Shown piece after piece: positions 1 through 10,260 of a stretch of DNA of 64,000 nt. The notes under the pieces are model-generated. The model did not search any database, was not told the DNA's origin, and saw only the letters and a list, made by a program, of their open reading frames with translations. How positions within the stretch are numbered: the first letter of the stretch is position 1; every line of letters begins with the position of its first letter. This DNA comes from Nitrosopumilaceae archaeon (lineage in GTDB: Archaea; Thermoproteota; Nitrososphaeria; Nitrososphaerales; Nitrosopumilaceae): NCBI GenBank assembly GCA_965208905.1, contig OZ242365.1:512001-576000 (forward strand), in the 5' to 3' direction. The translations under genes were made by a program, and so were the position numbers.

Positions 1-1
1 C

Positions 2-1939
2 TATATACTCGGTGAATTGATTATTCGTGTTGGGATCCAGATACAGTACAGGTGAAAATGGCATCATCATGCCCAGCATTGTATTACTCCAGTAATAGTC
101 GGTTCCACTAATACCATCTGAGAGTGTATATTTGGATACTGGCTCGCCAGCTATTCTCATAAACCACTGCTTCTTGGACTCATCGCCACCTCCCCCCAAG
201 ACATAGAGGGGTTCACCATCGGTCTGTAACCTTTCGGCTGCAACAAATATCATTATGTAGTCTGCATACAGGTCTTTGAGCATGGCATGCGCCTCATCAG
301 GATGGCTCAAAAACATGGTGGCTATATCTTCAATGCGTTCCTTACCGGTGGTGGCATTGTCTGCAATACTGGCCCGTTCGCCCAGAGTTTGAGTCCAGTA
401 GCCATAGTCCCACCAGGATGCCACTACAGCATCCTTGGGAGTGTTATTTTTTACCCATTCGTACGCATGTAGCCAATCGTTGGTGGTTACACCAAATACT
501 GTGGCACCACTCAGGATGCTGGGTGCGGACTGTGAGGCCGCTATGGTGTTGGTGTCCGGTATTATCAGAGGCAGAACCAATAGTATGGCCACGCCTGCAA
601 CAAGACCCATTCGTATTGGTATGGTTGCCTGAGATCTGGAAGAGTCTGTCATGATACGTCTCACCAAGACCGATACTCCCAATGCTGAAAGTACTATCAC
701 TGCGATGGACCCAAATACTTCTAGGCGAATAAAGGCTGAGCTGATATACACGCCAAATATACCCATCACCAAGGCAAATGCTATCATGTCTGAGTTTATC
801 TTGTGGAACTCTTTGGCGCGTTTGTCCAGCAACAACCAGATACCTATACCGGCAAAGACCATCAGTACCGAGTGAAATAGGAACGACTGCATGATACTGG
901 TCGTCTGGTGTTCGGATACCGAGTCGGTGAGGGGATCTGTGGCCACTAAGAAAGGATTTACCGCATTCAAATATCTGAAACTGGGCGTGGATATCACTCC
1001 CACCTCTGTGGCCAGTGGAATTGCTCCTGCACCTGCTACGATTATACCAATCAGTAGTAGCGCATAGTTGCGTCGGGCATTCTTGCCGTTGGTGACTTTA
1101 TGTATTGCAGAACATATAACCAAGAATATGGTGGGGCCCAGTATGGCTATGCCTCCAAATCCCAAGACAAAGCTCAAACCTGGACGCTCAAAGAGCATGC
1201 TTGTAGATAGTAGAGATACGGCAAAGAAGGGCACGGCCCAAATCAAAAATGATCTATCTTTACGTATGAATGGCAGACACATTATGAATACTCCTATGGG
1301 TATGACAAAGAACTGCGAACCGCCCCAGGCCGAGAGGGAGAATGATACAAACAAGGCACCAAAGAAGAGTTTTGCGGCAGCTATGGGGTATCGATCAGTC
1401 TTTATTCCACTCAAAAACAGATAAGTTCCCAACAGTCCATAGAATAACCCTAATGGCTCAGACTTGAACCATCCAGCAGTACCACGTATTATGATGGGTA
1501 GTGATACTGACATCAACATGGCTGCTATGAGGCCGGCGGTGGTTCCGCCTATAACCCGTACCAACGCAAAGATGACTATTACAGAGAGGGATCCAAATAC
1601 CACCGGAAACATTATGGTAAAGTCGTAGAGGGGCGAACCAAATCCAAATAAAGTATAAGTGACTGCTGCTGTCTGATGCAGCACCACCTGAGAAGAGGAG
1701 GATACATCGCGGCCATCCGGATACCAGCTTAGATCATCATTCCATGCATAGTATGCCTCCCAGCCATTATCCACTAGATATTGTGTGGCTCTATAGTTGA
1801 AGAATGGATCAAACTCGTGCAGTTCAAAGCCAAACTCCAAAGGCTGGGATCTTATTATAAATGCAGTACTGAACGCTAGGATCAGTATACCCACTATAAT
1901 TAAATGTCGTAACTCAAATCGTGTGCGTGTTTCAGACAA
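2..1939 (-). CDS. aglB: Oligosaccharyltransferase AglB/STT3 (3' end runs off window)
   Basis: Manual minus-strand translation from TTG at 1939: MSETRTRFELRHL...ELHEFDPFFNYR...; contains VVASWWDYGYW (WWDYG motif) near 390-430. Missing from the ORF track because there is no stop in the window. Confidence 0.92.
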   Translation of the reverse strand, partial: MSETRTRFELRHLIIVGILILAFSTAFIIRSQPLEFGFELHEFDPFFNYRATQYLVDNGWEAYYAWNDDLSWYPDGRDVSSSSQVVLHQTAAVTYTLFGFGSPLYDFTIMFPVVFGSLSVIVIFALVRVIGGTTAGLIAAMLMSVSLPIIIRGTAGWFKSEPLGLFYGLLGTYLFLSGIKTDRYPIAAAKLFFGALFVSFSLSAWGGSQFFVIPIGVFIMCLPFIRKDRSFLIWAVPFFAVSLLSTSMLFERPGLSFVLGFGGIAILGPTIFLVICSAIHKVTNGKNARRNYALLLIGIIVAGAGAIPLATEVGVISTPSFRYLNAVNPFLVATDPLTDSVSEHQTTSIMQSFLFHSVLMVFAGIGIWLLLDKRAKEFHKINSDMIAFALVMGIFGVYISSAFIRLEVFGSIAVIVLSALGVSVLVRRIMTDSSRSQATIPIRMGLVAGVAILLVLPLIIPDTNTIAASQSAPSILSGATVFGVTTNDWLHAYEWVKNNTPKDAVVASWWDYGYWTQTLGERASIADNATTGKERIEDIATMFLSHPDEAHAMLKDLYADYIMIFVAAERLQTDGEPLYVLGGGGDESKKQWFMRIAGEPVSKYTLSDGISGTDYYWSNTMLGMMMPFSPVLYLDPNTNNQFTEYI

Positions 1940-2021
1940 TAACAACTCTCTCTGTCTTGGCTTTATTACTATTTTGGGCCATATGGTTCACCGCCCGCAA
2001 GTTTGGATGATGATGTATGTT

Positions 2022-2492
2022 TTACTCGCTGGTTTTACGGTGTGCAATTGGGGCATATTTGCCTTTTAGTATGGCTGTATCAATCACATGCCCTTTCATG
2101 GCACTCCTCAACTCTTCCTTGGAGGAGCCTTCCTTTAGATTTAGTGATTTCGTCAAAGCGTATAGCTTAAAGAGGTATGTGTGCTGACCATCCGGTGGTG
2201 CCGGGCCACCATATTTAGTCTCATCAAAGTCCGTCTTGCCTTGCGTGGCCCCTGACGGTACGCGCCCTTCGGGTATCTCTGTCGTGTCCGCACTGATATT
2301 CCACATTAGCCAGTGCACCCAAATTTTGCCTGCTGGTTTTACGGCATCAGGGTCATCCATTATAAGCGCCAAGGATTTAGTATCATCAGGTACTTCAGAT
2401 ATGCTTAATGGCGGATTAACGTTCCTTGCTTTGTATCCGTATTTGCGGGGAATAGAGCGACCATTATCAAAAGCGGTCGACGCTAACTTCAT
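2022..2492 (-). CDS. YbhB/YbcL (PEBP/Raf kinase inhibitor-like) protein
   Basis: DPDA, WVHW, YGGPAPP and HTY motifs. Confidence 0.9.
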   Translation of the reverse strand: MKLASTAFDNGRSIPRKYGYKARNVNPPLSISEVPDDTKSLALIMDDPDAVKPAGKIWVHWLMWNISADTTEIPEGRVPSGATQGKTDFDETKYGGPAPPDGQHTYLFKLYALTKSLNLKEGSSKEELRSAMKGHVIDTAILKGKYAPIAHRKTSE

Positions 2493-2572
2493 GTCTTGTA
2501 TATCATACAGGCCTATGTTAAACTTTTTGGGGAACTACATCTTTAAGTAGACATAACCACTCTTTCGGGTGA

Positions 2573-2944
2573 TCACTGTAGTACGATACTGTTGTTGTGT
2601 AGTGATATTACACTTTGGCCGGCGGCCTTTATGGCCTTCTTTAGCTGTTTATCGGTGGTGGCCACTATGCCCCCATGAGTCTTTACATAATCCAATAAGG
2701 CCCAGTCTGCATACTTCTTTCCCAGTTGTATATGCTGCATATTGCGTGCCAACTTTAAAGCGCCAGATGCATCATGACATTTGGCAGGATTCTTCATTAG
2801 GCCGTTTAGCTCAGATATGACCACATCTGGAACCACATATGTTGCAGAGTCAACTACATATTTCATATCTTGAATGCGTCCGGTGGCCATGTGGATTAAA
2901 AACCCCGTATCGCAGATTATTTTAAGCAACAGTACCTGCACCAA
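2573..2944 (-). CDS. PIN-domain protein (Fcf1/Utp24-like)
   Basis: CDTGFL, VISEL, AD, VATTDKQL motifs; follows aIF2-gamma; true start may be slightly downstream. Confidence 0.8.
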   Translation of the reverse strand: MVQVLLLKIICDTGFLIHMATGRIQDMKYVVDSATYVVPDVVISELNGLMKNPAKCHDASGALKLARNMQHIQLGKKYADWALLDYVKTHGGIVATTDKQLKKAIKAAGQSVISLHNNSIVLQ

Positions 2945-4184
2945 TAAGCCGCCAACGATCAGCTATCCTTCTACTGATCGCCACATTCTCATCCTCAAAT
3001 ATACACGCTGGTCTCCTCAGGTCCAAATGAACTATTCCCTTCTTTATCTTTGTCACTTTACACAGTACGGGCGCCGTTCCTATGTTTAGTCGCAACATCT
3101 CACCCACCATTATAGGAGATACCTTTGTCTCATTGACAGCACCCACTGCCGAGTCGAACAGATTGGTTCGCATGCTTAATGTAGAAGAGTTCTCAGGTAG
3201 CGTTCCGGGCTTTCCTATCACCGAACCTATAAGCGAATCACTGTGTGTCATGGCCGGATCTAGTTTTGTTCCTATTGCCACCAGTCCTCCTGGCTTTACC
3301 TCATCAACAATTCCTGCTCCTGTCCCCAACGAGACTATCTCTGTATGTATGGACTCGTAGCCCTTCTTCTTGTTTCGTATTATACCTGGCTTGATCTCTA
3401 CTTCATCCCCTATACGAAATACTCCCTGCGTCAGACTGCCCCCTATCACACCCCCACGTATGTCTTTGATTGGAGTTCCAGGCTTGTTGACATCAAAGGA
3501 GCGTAACACATGCATGACCGTATCCTTGCTCTCATCTCGGGTGGGAGTCTGTATTGTGGACTCGATGGCGCCTATCATGGCATCTATATTCAATTTTGAC
3601 TGCGCCGATATTGGTATTATGGGTGAGGACTCGGCGGTGGTACCTTTCACAAATTTTTTTATGTCTTTATAGTTGGCAATGGCATCTTCATAGCCAATTA
3701 AATCCACCTTGTTTTGTAGTATTAGTACCTGTTTGATCCCCAATGTGTGTAGTGCCAGCATGTGTTCCTTTGTCTGGGGTCTGGGTACTTTTTCGTTGGC
3801 CGCCACCAGCAATAGTGCTCCATCCATCAAGGCCGAACCCGACAACATATTGGCCATCAAGCTCTCATGTCCCGGACTATCTACAAAGCTGACCACCCGA
3901 GATAGTTCGCAGTCTTTGTTGCAGTTGGGACAGTTAGGCTGTGTTGAATATCCTGTTGGTTCAGGACACGATTTACATTTGTAGAATGCTGCATCTGAGT
4001 ATCCTATGCGTATTGTAATACCGCGCTTTAACTCTTGACTATGTACGCTTGTCCACGACCCTGTAAGTGCTTGTATTAGAGTGGTCTTGCCATGATCCAC
4101 ATGACCAGCAGTACCTATGTTAACACAAGGCTGGTGTCCATACTTTTTTGTGTACCACTCAGGTAGCATATCTCGCCAGTGCAT
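2922..4184 (-). CDS. eif2g: Translation initiation factor 2 gamma subunit
   Basis: GHVDHGKTT, RGITI, DSPGH, NKVD motifs, Zn knuckle, C-terminal RWRLIG. Confidence 0.97.
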   Translation of the reverse strand: MHWRDMLPEWYTKKYGHQPCVNIGTAGHVDHGKTTLIQALTGSWTSVHSQELKRGITIRIGYSDAAFYKCKSCPEPTGYSTQPNCPNCNKDCELSRVVSFVDSPGHESLMANMLSGSALMDGALLLVAANEKVPRPQTKEHMLALHTLGIKQVLILQNKVDLIGYEDAIANYKDIKKFVKGTTAESSPIIPISAQSKLNIDAMIGAIESTIQTPTRDESKDTVMHVLRSFDVNKPGTPIKDIRGGVIGGSLTQGVFRIGDEVEIKPGIIRNKKKGYESIHTEIVSLGTGAGIVDEVKPGGLVAIGTKLDPAMTHSDSLIGSVIGKPGTLPENSSTLSMRTNLFDSAVGAVNETKVSPIMVGEMLRLNIGTAPVLCKVTKIKKGIVHLDLRRPACIFEDENVAISRRIADRWRLIGAGTVA

Positions 4185-4220
4185 CTATAAACTCTTAACG
4201 TTTCACGTTCTTAAATTAAC

Positions 4221-4580
4221 CTATGTTTTGTCGGACTCCAGTATTCCATCGAATCTGCAGTTTATCTGATATATCTCTTCAGATATTGTGTTACCCCGCA
4301 TCAACTTTCTAAAACGTTGACCAGACTCGGCCTCTTGGAGTCCTACGCCCTTTGTCAATAAGACAGCCTTACGGGCTGCACCATGAATATCACGTCTCAT
4401 GGGTATTCCAGACTTGTCGCTGCCACCTGTAATGCGTATCTTGCCATCAAGGCCCATTATGGCAGCATCAGCTTCGTCTCCCAACTGTAGACCTAGTAGT
4501 GGGTTAGCATCACTGTCTTTCAACTCCCGGCTCATGGACTTTCCCTTTGTGTCAGATATTGTGATCTTGAAACTTGCCAA
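4221..4580 (-). CDS. rps6e: 30S ribosomal protein S6e
   Basis: ITGGSDKSGIPMR and RGNTI...QIN motifs. Confidence 0.96.
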   Translation of the reverse strand: MASFKITISDTKGKSMSRELKDSDANPLLGLQLGDEADAAIMGLDGKIRITGGSDKSGIPMRRDIHGAARKAVLLTKGVGLQEAESGQRFRKLMRGNTISEEIYQINCRFDGILESDKT

Positions 4581-4697
4581 TAGTTACGTGCAATCTCTAA
4601 GCTCTAATTAACGTTTTGAAGGGTGGTGTAGAGAGTTATCATGCTACTACACATGACGAACGCATCACTCTCAGAACAGTGCGGGCGCGCCCTCACG

Positions 4698-7600
4698 CTA
4701 GTAGTCGTTGGCCACAATACGCCACGCGCCGTCCCGTACCACCCATGCCGCATAGTTGGTGTCTATTAGATCGCCGGCAGGATTAAGCTCGGTGGATCCT
4801 ATCAAACCCACATATCTGGAGGCAATGTCGGGCAGTACGTTCATCACGTCGACGGGGTCGGAGCTCCGAGCATACATGATAGACAGGCCCAAAAGCCACA
4901 CCGAATCGTACTCGTATACGGCGTACGGGCTTGGCTCCATCTCCAAGTATCCCCCGATTATCGAGTATATCCTCCCATCCAGTATGTCATCCGGAACCGA
5001 GGGCTGCACTACGGTAAACGTCACCTTCTCGGCGAATGCGGTGGCCTGCGGACTGTCCAGTACGTTGGGCTGCGCCGTGTTCTGGTCGGCTCCGAACCAC
5101 CGGACATCGCCCAGTATCTTGTGGCCGGATGCCGCATTCATGAATCCGGGCGCCCCGCCATATCCCACGTATAGCACGGCCACCTTGTCCAGCCGATTAT
5201 CCTCGTCCATGTCGATGACAGCTGTGGCCAAGGCTTCGGTGGCATCCTCAAATTCCGCGTTGGACTCATACGTGACTATATCCGCGGCGCTCCCGCCCAT
5301 CTCTATGAACGTGGCGGTTGCCGCATCCAGCAGATCTACAGACCAAGTCCCCTCTATTCCCACCGGAGCGATGGCCCTTACTCCTTCTTCGTGCATGAGG
5401 CGGGCGATGGCCTCTCCGTGTCTCTCCTGATCTGGCAGCAGGCGGAATAGTGAATCTCCCTCTATAGTCAGGGAGGGTGTCGAAGAGCAGCAGCTCATCA
5501 GCAGCATATCGTGATCATCGGCAAATCGGATTACCTCGTCGCTGACTATGTCGATGGCAGGTCCGTCCACTATGCCGATTCCCATCTCCTCGAACGTATG
5601 CAGTCGGTGCAGCAGCACCTCCGGATTGGTCATCGAATCGAACCTGACCATCTCCATACGCCACGGCTCGCCGCGCCTCTCTAGGTACTCGTTAAAGTCG
5701 GCCACGGCCAGTATCGATGCCTGGGTCACATCTGCCCCGTACCGGTCCGCCCCACCAGACAGCGGGGCCACCGAGCCGACCAGCACTGTCCCTCCGAAGT
5801 CTCCCAGATCAGCAAGCCAACTCCAGTGGCCAGGCTCAAACGGATAGGTATCATCATCAAAGGACACGGCGTGCAGCGTCCCGTTCTCCGGCCAGTACGC
5901 CTCCAGTTGGTACGGGCCATTGCCTATTACCGAGTGCCCGTTCTCGTTCATCCACGATATGGTGGAGTTATATCTGGACAGGGCGTACTCGGTGCCGTTT
6001 CCGGTGTGCCTCACCTGGACCGGCACGTATCCCTCGCGCACAAAGTCCTCCAGATATCCCCGGAGCAGTGTCGTATCGTCGGGATCCAGCATAGACAGCC
6101 AGCTTACACCGTGGTTCTGGGCATCAGCCACCCTGAATGCAGTACTCCCGTCCATGGCCGCCGCCTCCATGGCCGCGAGTAGGTCCCAAGGAATGTCTGT
6201 CCAGACAGAGGCAAATCTTACAATCCGATCTTGGTCGCGGTCCCAGTAGTCCGTGTACACCTCGACCGTATGGTCGTCTACGACCCTGATCCCGCGCAGA
6301 TTGTCCACGACGGCGTTGAACCGCGGTTCAACAGCCGTGTCGTGATCGTGGCCGTCATGGTGTGCCATATGCTCGATGACAAAGTACAGGTCGTACAGTA
6401 TATCGTTGATGTCCATGGGGGCACCGCTGTGCCAGTTGCCCAAGGCCAAATCAAACGTGACCTTGCTGGTGGCCCTGCTCCCGGGCGGAACGGTTTCCCA
6501 CTCGTGGGTGAACGGGTTCCAGATGATGGCATCCTCCGGCATGGCCATGCTGCCGTCCGGCCCGGCGGTATCCACCTGCCACTGTGCCCTGACAGGCATT
6601 AGGTCTCCGGTGAAGGGGTTGGAGGAATAGGCCGGATCTCTCATCATAGACCATATGGCGACGGCGTCCGTATCAGTGAAGCCTCCCACCGGATTCCACG
6701 CGCTCTGCGTTATGTACTTGGCACCGATGGTGAGATCCCCGTCCGGGGCCTGTACATTCAGGGTGTTGTACCTGCTGATCAGGCCCTTGCCCGGCGCATT
6801 TACCACGCCGACGACATCACCGTTTACCAGATAGCGCGAGTTCTCCACGGCGATTCCGAGGCGTACCGCATCGTTCATCCCCTCGCTCAGCGCTCCGCGG
6901 AGCAGACGCGCCCTCTCCTCGGTGGACTCGTGGTCCTCCAGATATATGGCGCGCGTGAGATCATCGAGCAGACGGTTCTCGTAGTTCCAGTAGTCCGGAT
7001 TTGCCCCGCCGGGCATGCGACCGGCCCATGGAGCATACAATACTGCTACCAAACCGTTGTTGGCTTTTTGGACGCTGAACCCTCCATACACTTCCACTAT
7101 CAGGTGCCACTCAAAGTCGGCGGGATCCGTCCCGTCAATCACGTTAAATGCATCTTCCAGATCGCCGAACCGGTGCTCTACCGCAAACCCGACACGCTCC
7201 AGCTCAAGCGTCAGCATCTCGCTCACCAGAACAGCCACCGGATACTCCAGTACGAACATGGTCACGGATATTGGGTTACCGTCATGGTACCATGTGCCGT
7301 CCACCTTGTATGCGCCCTGCGCCAAGAGCGCCTTTGTTATTGTCCTGTCCGCCAGTACCGGATCATACGATATGCCCAACTCGTCCAGCTGCCTGTATAC
7401 CAGCGGGAAGTCAGGATGCAGTGGATATACGACGGACGGTATGGCGGCACCATACCCGTATAACCCATCCCGTACCACGTTGTCACGGTCCAACAGATGG
7501 TTCATGGCGTAGCGAACCTCCCGTATGGAGAAGGGGTTGAACGGTTCACCCGCCGCGGGATTCAGATATAGCGTGTAGAGGGACGCCCCAGCGGCACCGT

Positions 7601-7838
7601 GGACCTGAAGATTAGGATCTCCCAAGGCTCGTTCCACCAGACCCAACGGAATCGGATCAGTGTGCAGGTCGAGTGTGCCGTTGCTCACCGCACTGAGCGC
7701 GTCCAGACCCCCAGGATACTCGGTGAATGTCAGGCTGTCCGAGTATGCGGCAGCAGATCCGACCACGCCTCCAGCCAACACGAACATAACCAGCGCCATA
7801 TGGGGTGGCAACATAGCCACGAACAGGCTTTTGGACAA
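4698..7838 (-). CDS. Secreted fused ABC substrate-binding protein (family 5 peptide-type N-terminal part + branched-chain/Peripla_BP-type C-terminal part)
   Basis: Signal peptide; NPFSIREVRYAMNHLLDR, WHSG, GNGPY (SBP5 motifs); C-terminal VGSVAPLSG...ADFNEYL...YDSVW...GD; visibly GC-richer than its neighbours. Confidence 0.85.
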   Translation of the reverse strand: MSKSLFVAMLPPHMALVMFVLAGGVVGSAAAYSDSLTFTEYPGGLDALSAVSNGTLDLHTDPIPLGLVERALGDPNLQVHGAAGASLYTLYLNPAAGEPFNPFSIREVRYAMNHLLDRDNVVRDGLYGYGAAIPSVVYPLHPDFPLVYRQLDELGISYDPVLADRTITKALLAQGAYKVDGTWYHDGNPISVTMFVLEYPVAVLVSEMLTLELERVGFAVEHRFGDLEDAFNVIDGTDPADFEWHLIVEVYGGFSVQKANNGLVAVLYAPWAGRMPGGANPDYWNYENRLLDDLTRAIYLEDHESTEERARLLRGALSEGMNDAVRLGIAVENSRYLVNGDVVGVVNAPGKGLISRYNTLNVQAPDGDLTIGAKYITQSAWNPVGGFTDTDAVAIWSMMRDPAYSSNPFTGDLMPVRAQWQVDTAGPDGSMAMPEDAIIWNPFTHEWETVPPGSRATSKVTFDLALGNWHSGAPMDINDILYDLYFVIEHMAHHDGHDHDTAVEPRFNAVVDNLRGIRVVDDHTVEVYTDYWDRDQDRIVRFASVWTDIPWDLLAAMEAAAMDGSTAFRVADAQNHGVSWLSMLDPDDTTLLRGYLEDFVREGYVPVQVRHTGNGTEYALSRYNSTISWMNENGHSVIGNGPYQLEAYWPENGTLHAVSFDDDTYPFEPGHWSWLADLGDFGGTVLVGSVAPLSGGADRYGADVTQASILAVADFNEYLERRGEPWRMEMVRFDSMTNPEVLLHRLHTFEEMGIGIVDGPAIDIVSDEVIRFADDHDMLLMSCCSSTPSLTIEGDSLFRLLPDQERHGEAIARLMHEEGVRAIAPVGIEGTWSVDLLDAATATFIEMGGSAADIVTYESNAEFEDATEALATAVIDMDEDNRLDKVAVLYVGYGGAPGFMNAASGHKILGDVRWFGADQNTAQPNVLDSPQATAFAEKVTFTVVQPSVPDDILDGRIYSIIGGYLEMEPSPYAVYEYDSVWLLGLSIMYARSSDPVDVMNVLPDIASRYVGLIGSTELNPAGDLIDTNYAAWVVRDGAWRIVANDY

Positions 7839-8141
7839 TATAAAGTGTTGATTTATCGGTTCTCGTGCAAACGCGGGCGTTATTCTAAACTTGCCCGCTT
7901 CAGTCCCCGGATCTTTGTCCAGAACGGCCGGATGGCTGTATAAACAGAGACATATCAGTCTCCCCGTATGGATTGTGTATTCTCAGCCCCATACTAACCC
8001 CCGCAGAATGATAAGCGTATAGTAACTAAATTAGGTAGTGGGATTCAGCCAGATACAAAATATACACTTGGTCTCATCTAACTGTACAATACAGAATCGT
8101 TCCATAAAGGATAATAGAATATAGTGGTAATTGTATACATT

Positions 8142-9152
8142 ATGATAAAGTTGGGAGAGGCCGAGCTGGCAAAGTATCCATTTTTAGCAGATGCAGGCCA
8201 GCATCTTCCTGAGTACGGATTTACTCTAGAACAGTTGGCCCAAGATCCGGACTTGGCTGTTGTGAGGGAGAAGGCATTTAATCGCATATACACCACAACT
8301 CAGACGGGAAAGATATACAAACCAAGCCCCAAAGGATCAACTGCCTTGCCATTAGAGGTGCTGTCGTTCATCTTGGCCATAGTACTACTAAAACAGAGTC
8401 GCGCTAACTTTTTAATTAAAAAATTTGCAATGCAGGAAGCCCGGGGAGCTGAGCGGTTCTTGGAGAGGGACTTGGGTCAGGGTACCACCGATATACAGAT
8501 AGAGACAACACGAAAGATAATCTGGGATTTGGCGCATATTGAGATATCCAAACGGGGCCGATACTTTGTAATTGCAGTACCGGATTATCTGCATCGGGCT
8601 GTACTGTTTCATGCTAGAGAGTGGAAGTTGATAAACCGACAGGTTAAAGATGGATGGGTATACCTTAATCCCCATGAGACTGTGAGGCTCATACGGCAGG
8701 AGCTTGTAAATTACATATCCGACAAAATATCTTCTGCCGCCACACCACCAGTGGTATCCGGCCTACAAGATATGGTGGACAAATTAATATTATTAAATAG
8801 TAAATTCCAGCCGCAAATTGCTTATTCTGACAAGAATCCGCCCTGTGTACAACATGCCATAGATACACTATCTGATGGAAAGAACCTCTCCCATGCAGGT
8901 CGGTTTATGCTGGCGACATATCTGCTGTCCCGTGGATATAATGTAAAAGAGATAGCACCCTACTTTAAGAATGCCCCAGACTATAATGAATCAATTACTC
9001 TGTATCAGCTAAATCATCTGGCAGGAAAGTCAGGTAATAACACCCAGTATGCCTGTCAATCTTGCGCAAAACTAAAGTCAGCGAACCTATGTTATGCCAC
9101 ATCAGAGTGTGAAGGAATACATAATCCCATGCAGTTTGGCGTTAAAAGATGA
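8142..9152 (+). CDS. priL: DNA primase large subunit
   Basis: AKYPFL, PPCV, HAGRF, Cys cluster ligands, HNPMQF. Confidence 0.93.
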   Translation: MIKLGEAELAKYPFLADAGQHLPEYGFTLEQLAQDPDLAVVREKAFNRIYTTTQTGKIYKPSPKGSTALPLEVLSFILAIVLLKQSRANFLIKKFAMQEARGAERFLERDLGQGTTDIQIETTRKIIWDLAHIEISKRGRYFVIAVPDYLHRAVLFHAREWKLINRQVKDGWVYLNPHETVRLIRQELVNYISDKISSAATPPVVSGLQDMVDKLILLNSKFQPQIAYSDKNPPCVQHAIDTLSDGKNLSHAGRFMLATYLLSRGYNVKEIAPYFKNAPDYNESITLYQLNHLAGKSGNNTQYACQSCAKLKSANLCYATSECEGIHNPMQFGVKR

Positions 9153-10255
9153 ATTCGGCCGATGAAGAGTTTATCTCGCAGTGCTTGCGCAAGTACTATT
9201 ATGAGTATTTTGGAATAATTGACATTCCATCAAAATTAAACCGTCATGAGTTTGGGTACCAAAAACCCAACTCTCCAATGATACGACATATACAACTTCA
9301 GGATGCCGCCGAGCTGCGCAGCACACTGATGCAAGAGTTGCCTTTGGATGTCTTTCTCTCTTCGGCCCGCTACCTATTTCCTAGTCTACCAATGGCAGAG
9401 AAGGAGTGGCAGGATGCCGATTTAATCTTTGATATAGATGCCAAAGATTTGAATCTTGAGTGTCGTCCATCCCACACCGTCCAGATCTGCGCAACATGTG
9501 GTAAGGTAAATAATAAAGGGTGTGCGTGTGACTCTCCCCAAATTAAGGATGTGTCTGTAACATGTGACAGATGCATAAATGCATCAAAAAAAGAGGTAAA
9601 AAAATTACTTGACATATTATATGACGATATTGGAATAAAAGAGTCACAGACTGAGGTTTATTTTTCTGGCAATGATGGATTTCACATTCATGTGCACGAT
9701 TTAAAATTTTTAAATTTAAATTCTTTAGAGCGCTCTGAGCTGGTCGACTATGTAATGTGTAATGGCATACTTCCAGAGAGATTAGGGATGAAGAGGGAGG
9801 GTGCAACATCACTGCCACAGCTGACTGATGCAGGGTGGCCGGGTAGATTTGCCCGTCACATGTTCGGCTCAAAAACGGCACGCCCGAAAGAAATTAAAAA
9901 AATTACAGCAGACGGCTATGCACGATTTACAGACACATTAAAGAGACTCTCACATACATTAGGGGCTTGTATAGACTCTGGTGTGACTACGGATGTGCAT
10001 CGGATATTTCGCATGCCCGGAACCATAAACGGAAAGAGTGGTATGACAAAGATGGCCTGTCCGGATATAGCCAAATTTAATCCCTACAAGGATGCGGTTC
10101 TCATAAATGACAATAAAGTCACAGTAAACGCATTGTGCCCAATCCCGTTTAAATTAATGAATAAAAAATTTGGTCCGTATAATAATAAAGATGTAGACAT
10201 ACCCTCATACGCGGCCATGTACCTGATGTGTAAGGGGTTGGCGCACAGGGTGTAG
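9149..10255 (+). CDS. priS: DNA primase small subunit
   Basis: HEFG, LIFDIDAKD, FSGNDGFH, D..VT.D..RIFRMPG motifs; ATGA overlap with priL. Confidence 0.95.
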   Translation: MNSADEEFISQCLRKYYYEYFGIIDIPSKLNRHEFGYQKPNSPMIRHIQLQDAAELRSTLMQELPLDVFLSSARYLFPSLPMAEKEWQDADLIFDIDAKDLNLECRPSHTVQICATCGKVNNKGCACDSPQIKDVSVTCDRCINASKKEVKKLLDILYDDIGIKESQTEVYFSGNDGFHIHVHDLKFLNLNSLERSELVDYVMCNGILPERLGMKREGATSLPQLTDAGWPGRFARHMFGSKTARPKEIKKITADGYARFTDTLKRLSHTLGACIDSGVTTDVHRIFRMPGTINGKSGMTKMACPDIAKFNPYKDAVLINDNKVTVNALCPIPFKLMNKKFGPYNNKDVDIPSYAAMYLMCKGLAHRV

Positions 10256-10260
10256 TGGTT

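Noticed and set aside
287-1424. Several short plus-strand ORFs
   Set aside because: Antisense to aglB
4621-4640. GGGTGGTGTAGAGAGTT as an IS-like end bounding the GC-rich SBP gene
   Set aside because: No inverted partner or TSD found near 7850-8120
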